In this document: in pieces, positions 61,833 through 64,000 of the stretch
How the letters are laid out: every line of letters starts with the position of its first letter
How positions within the stretch are numbered: position 1 is the first letter of the stretch
Assembly (NCBI RefSeq): GCF_018977255.1
Contig: NW_024704742.1
Span: forward strand, 82,152,001-82,216,000
DNA from: Callorhinchus milii
Taxonomy: Eukaryota
DNA length: 64,000 bases
Direction of reading: 5' to 3'
Translations under genes and position numbers: made by a program
The notes under the pieces: model-generated
Database searches by the model: none
Told to the model about the DNA's origin: nothing
The model's input: the letters and a program-made list of their open reading frames with translations, nothing else

Positions 61833-63039
61833 AGAGAGCAAAGAAACGGGCACAATTGAGCTCTGCCCAACGCAATGTCATGAGAGGATTTGGGAAAGAT
61901 TTGTATTTAAGTTTTGAAAAGAAATGTTTTCTGAATGTCCACATCTGTATGTGTCAGCAGTGCCCATTTAGAGAAACTTTAAATATATATATAATATATA
62001 GCGTATATATATATATAAATAGCTTTTGTTCCTCAGCAAATAAGGCAGCAATCACGACATGTATCCAAACTACTTGCTTCTTGATACTAACCTGGAATGG
62101 AGGTGGGGATGTGGCATGTTTGACAAATTTTAATGGATACAAAGACAAGAACTCGCATTTGTATAGCACTCTTCATTCAGGGTAGTGTCTTGGTTCACTC
62201 AAATTGAGGCAGGAATTCTAAACCATGCACCTGTATTACATGTCTATCAAAATGAGTGCATTATTTTTCAATAAATATGTCTGTTCATGTCTGGTAAATA
62301 TTATAAATCTAGGCTAGCAAACTAATCTAGTAACCTCAATGACCTTAATGTTTGTCATGGTTATTACAAGGGTAATAAAGGAACTCATCAACAAAATAGC
62401 AGACAAACCTTGAAAAGGGTAAAACTCTGGGCTCCTCACATATTATATGACCTGTAATAAAAATAAGTTTAGACTAGATTTTCAAGGATAAACATGTAAT
62501 GGAAAAAGTCTATTAGTTGCTGACTGACCTTCCCTTGGTCAATTCCCCACCCACTCCATGTATAATTCTGCCATACATGTGGATTCCCTAAGCTGGACTG
62601 ATCACTCAGAACTGAACGACCATAGAGCTATTAGCATTCCAATCTATTCTCGCCTTATAATGGCAACAGCACACAAGGTAAAGGTCCAGCCGGTTCTGTC
62701 AAATTAGTTGACAGGAACAAGTACAACTCTTCCAGTGGCACAGCTAGGAAGCCACAAACTCAATACGTAATTGCTTGTGCGTCCAGTGTTAGCCACTGGT
62801 GTGAAGTCAGCCTGAATCCATTGGAATTTAAAAATCTCTGCTGCTCCAAGCCTGTGCTGGAGTCGATATTTCCTGAGGTTTTGCTCTCTCCAGCCCCTGC
62901 AGACTTCAGGCACAGTATCAAACAAAGAGTTGCAAATACCCCAGATTTCCCCAAGGCTACACAGACTCAAGAGTTTCAGACCATAAACCACAAGAGTGTA
63001 ACAGCACTGTTGAACAAGAGAGATTAAAACCCTGGAGAC

Positions 63040-63300
63040 TGAAAGTTGTATACACCTCTGTCACCTCTGAGACCTCTTCTTTCACATCTGAAGAGTCCTA
63101 GCTTGTCTTGTCTCATGAGCTCATAGCTCATTCCTCTAACATTGGGGAACATACTTATTACTCTGCACTGTCTCCAGGCCAGGGCAGCTTCCTTATGTTG
63201 CGGTGACCAGAACTGTATGTGGTATTCAAGGTGCTGACCACAACACCGTACAGCCTGAGTATGACAACTGGGGATCTAAACTCAGGCACTGTTGCCAATA
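63040..63300 (-). mobile_element. Old CR1 fragment
   Basis: Minus strand cttgaataccacatacagttctggtcaccgcaacataagga is similar to LEYCVQFWSP. Confidence 0.7.
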
Positions 63301-64000
63301 AAATCTTCCAAATGCAGCAATCAACTATCTCACCACAGACCAGGGGTCAAATATGGATCCTTATGGTATCAATGATTCAGTTTCACACAAAACAGTGAAC
63401 TTATGAACTGAGCGATCAGGGAATGAGTCTTGGGTTTGATTCATCGAAAATACACAGGCAACGTTGGATGTGTTTGGAAACTGTCAGGGACAAGAGGGAA
63501 AAATTAGGGGCAGCAACAGAATAGAGGAAAGATTCCAAGTGGCAAGACAGTGTGCAAGGCAGAGCTGAGAAAAGGAACTCGTATCATGCTCAACATGTCA
63601 AAATAATAGGAAATTAGATGACAGTTCTAGATCGGTTGACAAGATTTGCTAACAAAATTTATCGACCGGAAAGTAATTGAGACGAGCAAGGTGACACATA
63701 ACAACAGGATAATTTGGCAGAATATTAAGATGAGATGATCAAATCAATTCAAGCCAACAAATTAGGTGGCATTGATATATTTATGTAAATAGAGCTATTC
63801 TCCTGTTAATCAGCTTATTATAGAAGAGGGTAAAATTTGTTTGCTTTTAAAAAAAGGTATGCAATTTTAACATTGTATTGAGAAACCATTATTACAGGTT
63901 TCATTGCCATGTTGAGACTTTGAGCTCATATCAAAGCTGTTCCACTGGAGTGGGGGAGGGGGGATGTGGAAGAGGGGTGGAAGAGGGACATGAGGTGACC

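Noticed and set aside
1..64000. CRISPR arrays, operons, rRNA or other prokaryotic systems
   Set aside because: None seen. The sequence is eukaryotic and its repeats are dispersed retroelements, not regularly spaced arrays.

Overview
Repeat-rich, AT-rich vertebrate DNA that looks intronic or intergenic. It is most likely from a cartilaginous fish, probably a chimaera; this is inferred from the repeat repertoire, not from a search. No host protein-coding exon could be confidently recognised. The long ORFs are decayed L2 or CR1 LINE ORF2 fragments, their antisense shadows, or low-complexity sequence. The window holds many 5'-truncated L2 and CR1 LINEs, a young tRNA-Ala(TGC)-headed SINE with an L2-type tail, an older Deu-domain (SacSINE1/AmnSINE-like) SINE and traces of a third SINE. 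Items worth follow-up: (1) two Penelope-like insertions with target-site duplications and minimal hammerhead-ribozyme cores, one forming a ~175-nt fold-back; (2) a ~600-bp non-coding dispersed element that I cannot assign to a family (about 9 copies), with conserved 5' and 3' stem-loops including a compensatory change; (3) a ~300-bp hairpin made of two head-to-head CR1 ORF2 pieces; (4) a SINE 3' stem-loop whose loop matches the young L2 in the least-diverged copies; (5) a ZNF143-motif cluster flanked by outward-facing splice donors, a candidate bidirectional promoter at ~7.0-7.3 kb. Repeat boundaries were read by eye and are approximate, typically within 10-30 bp.
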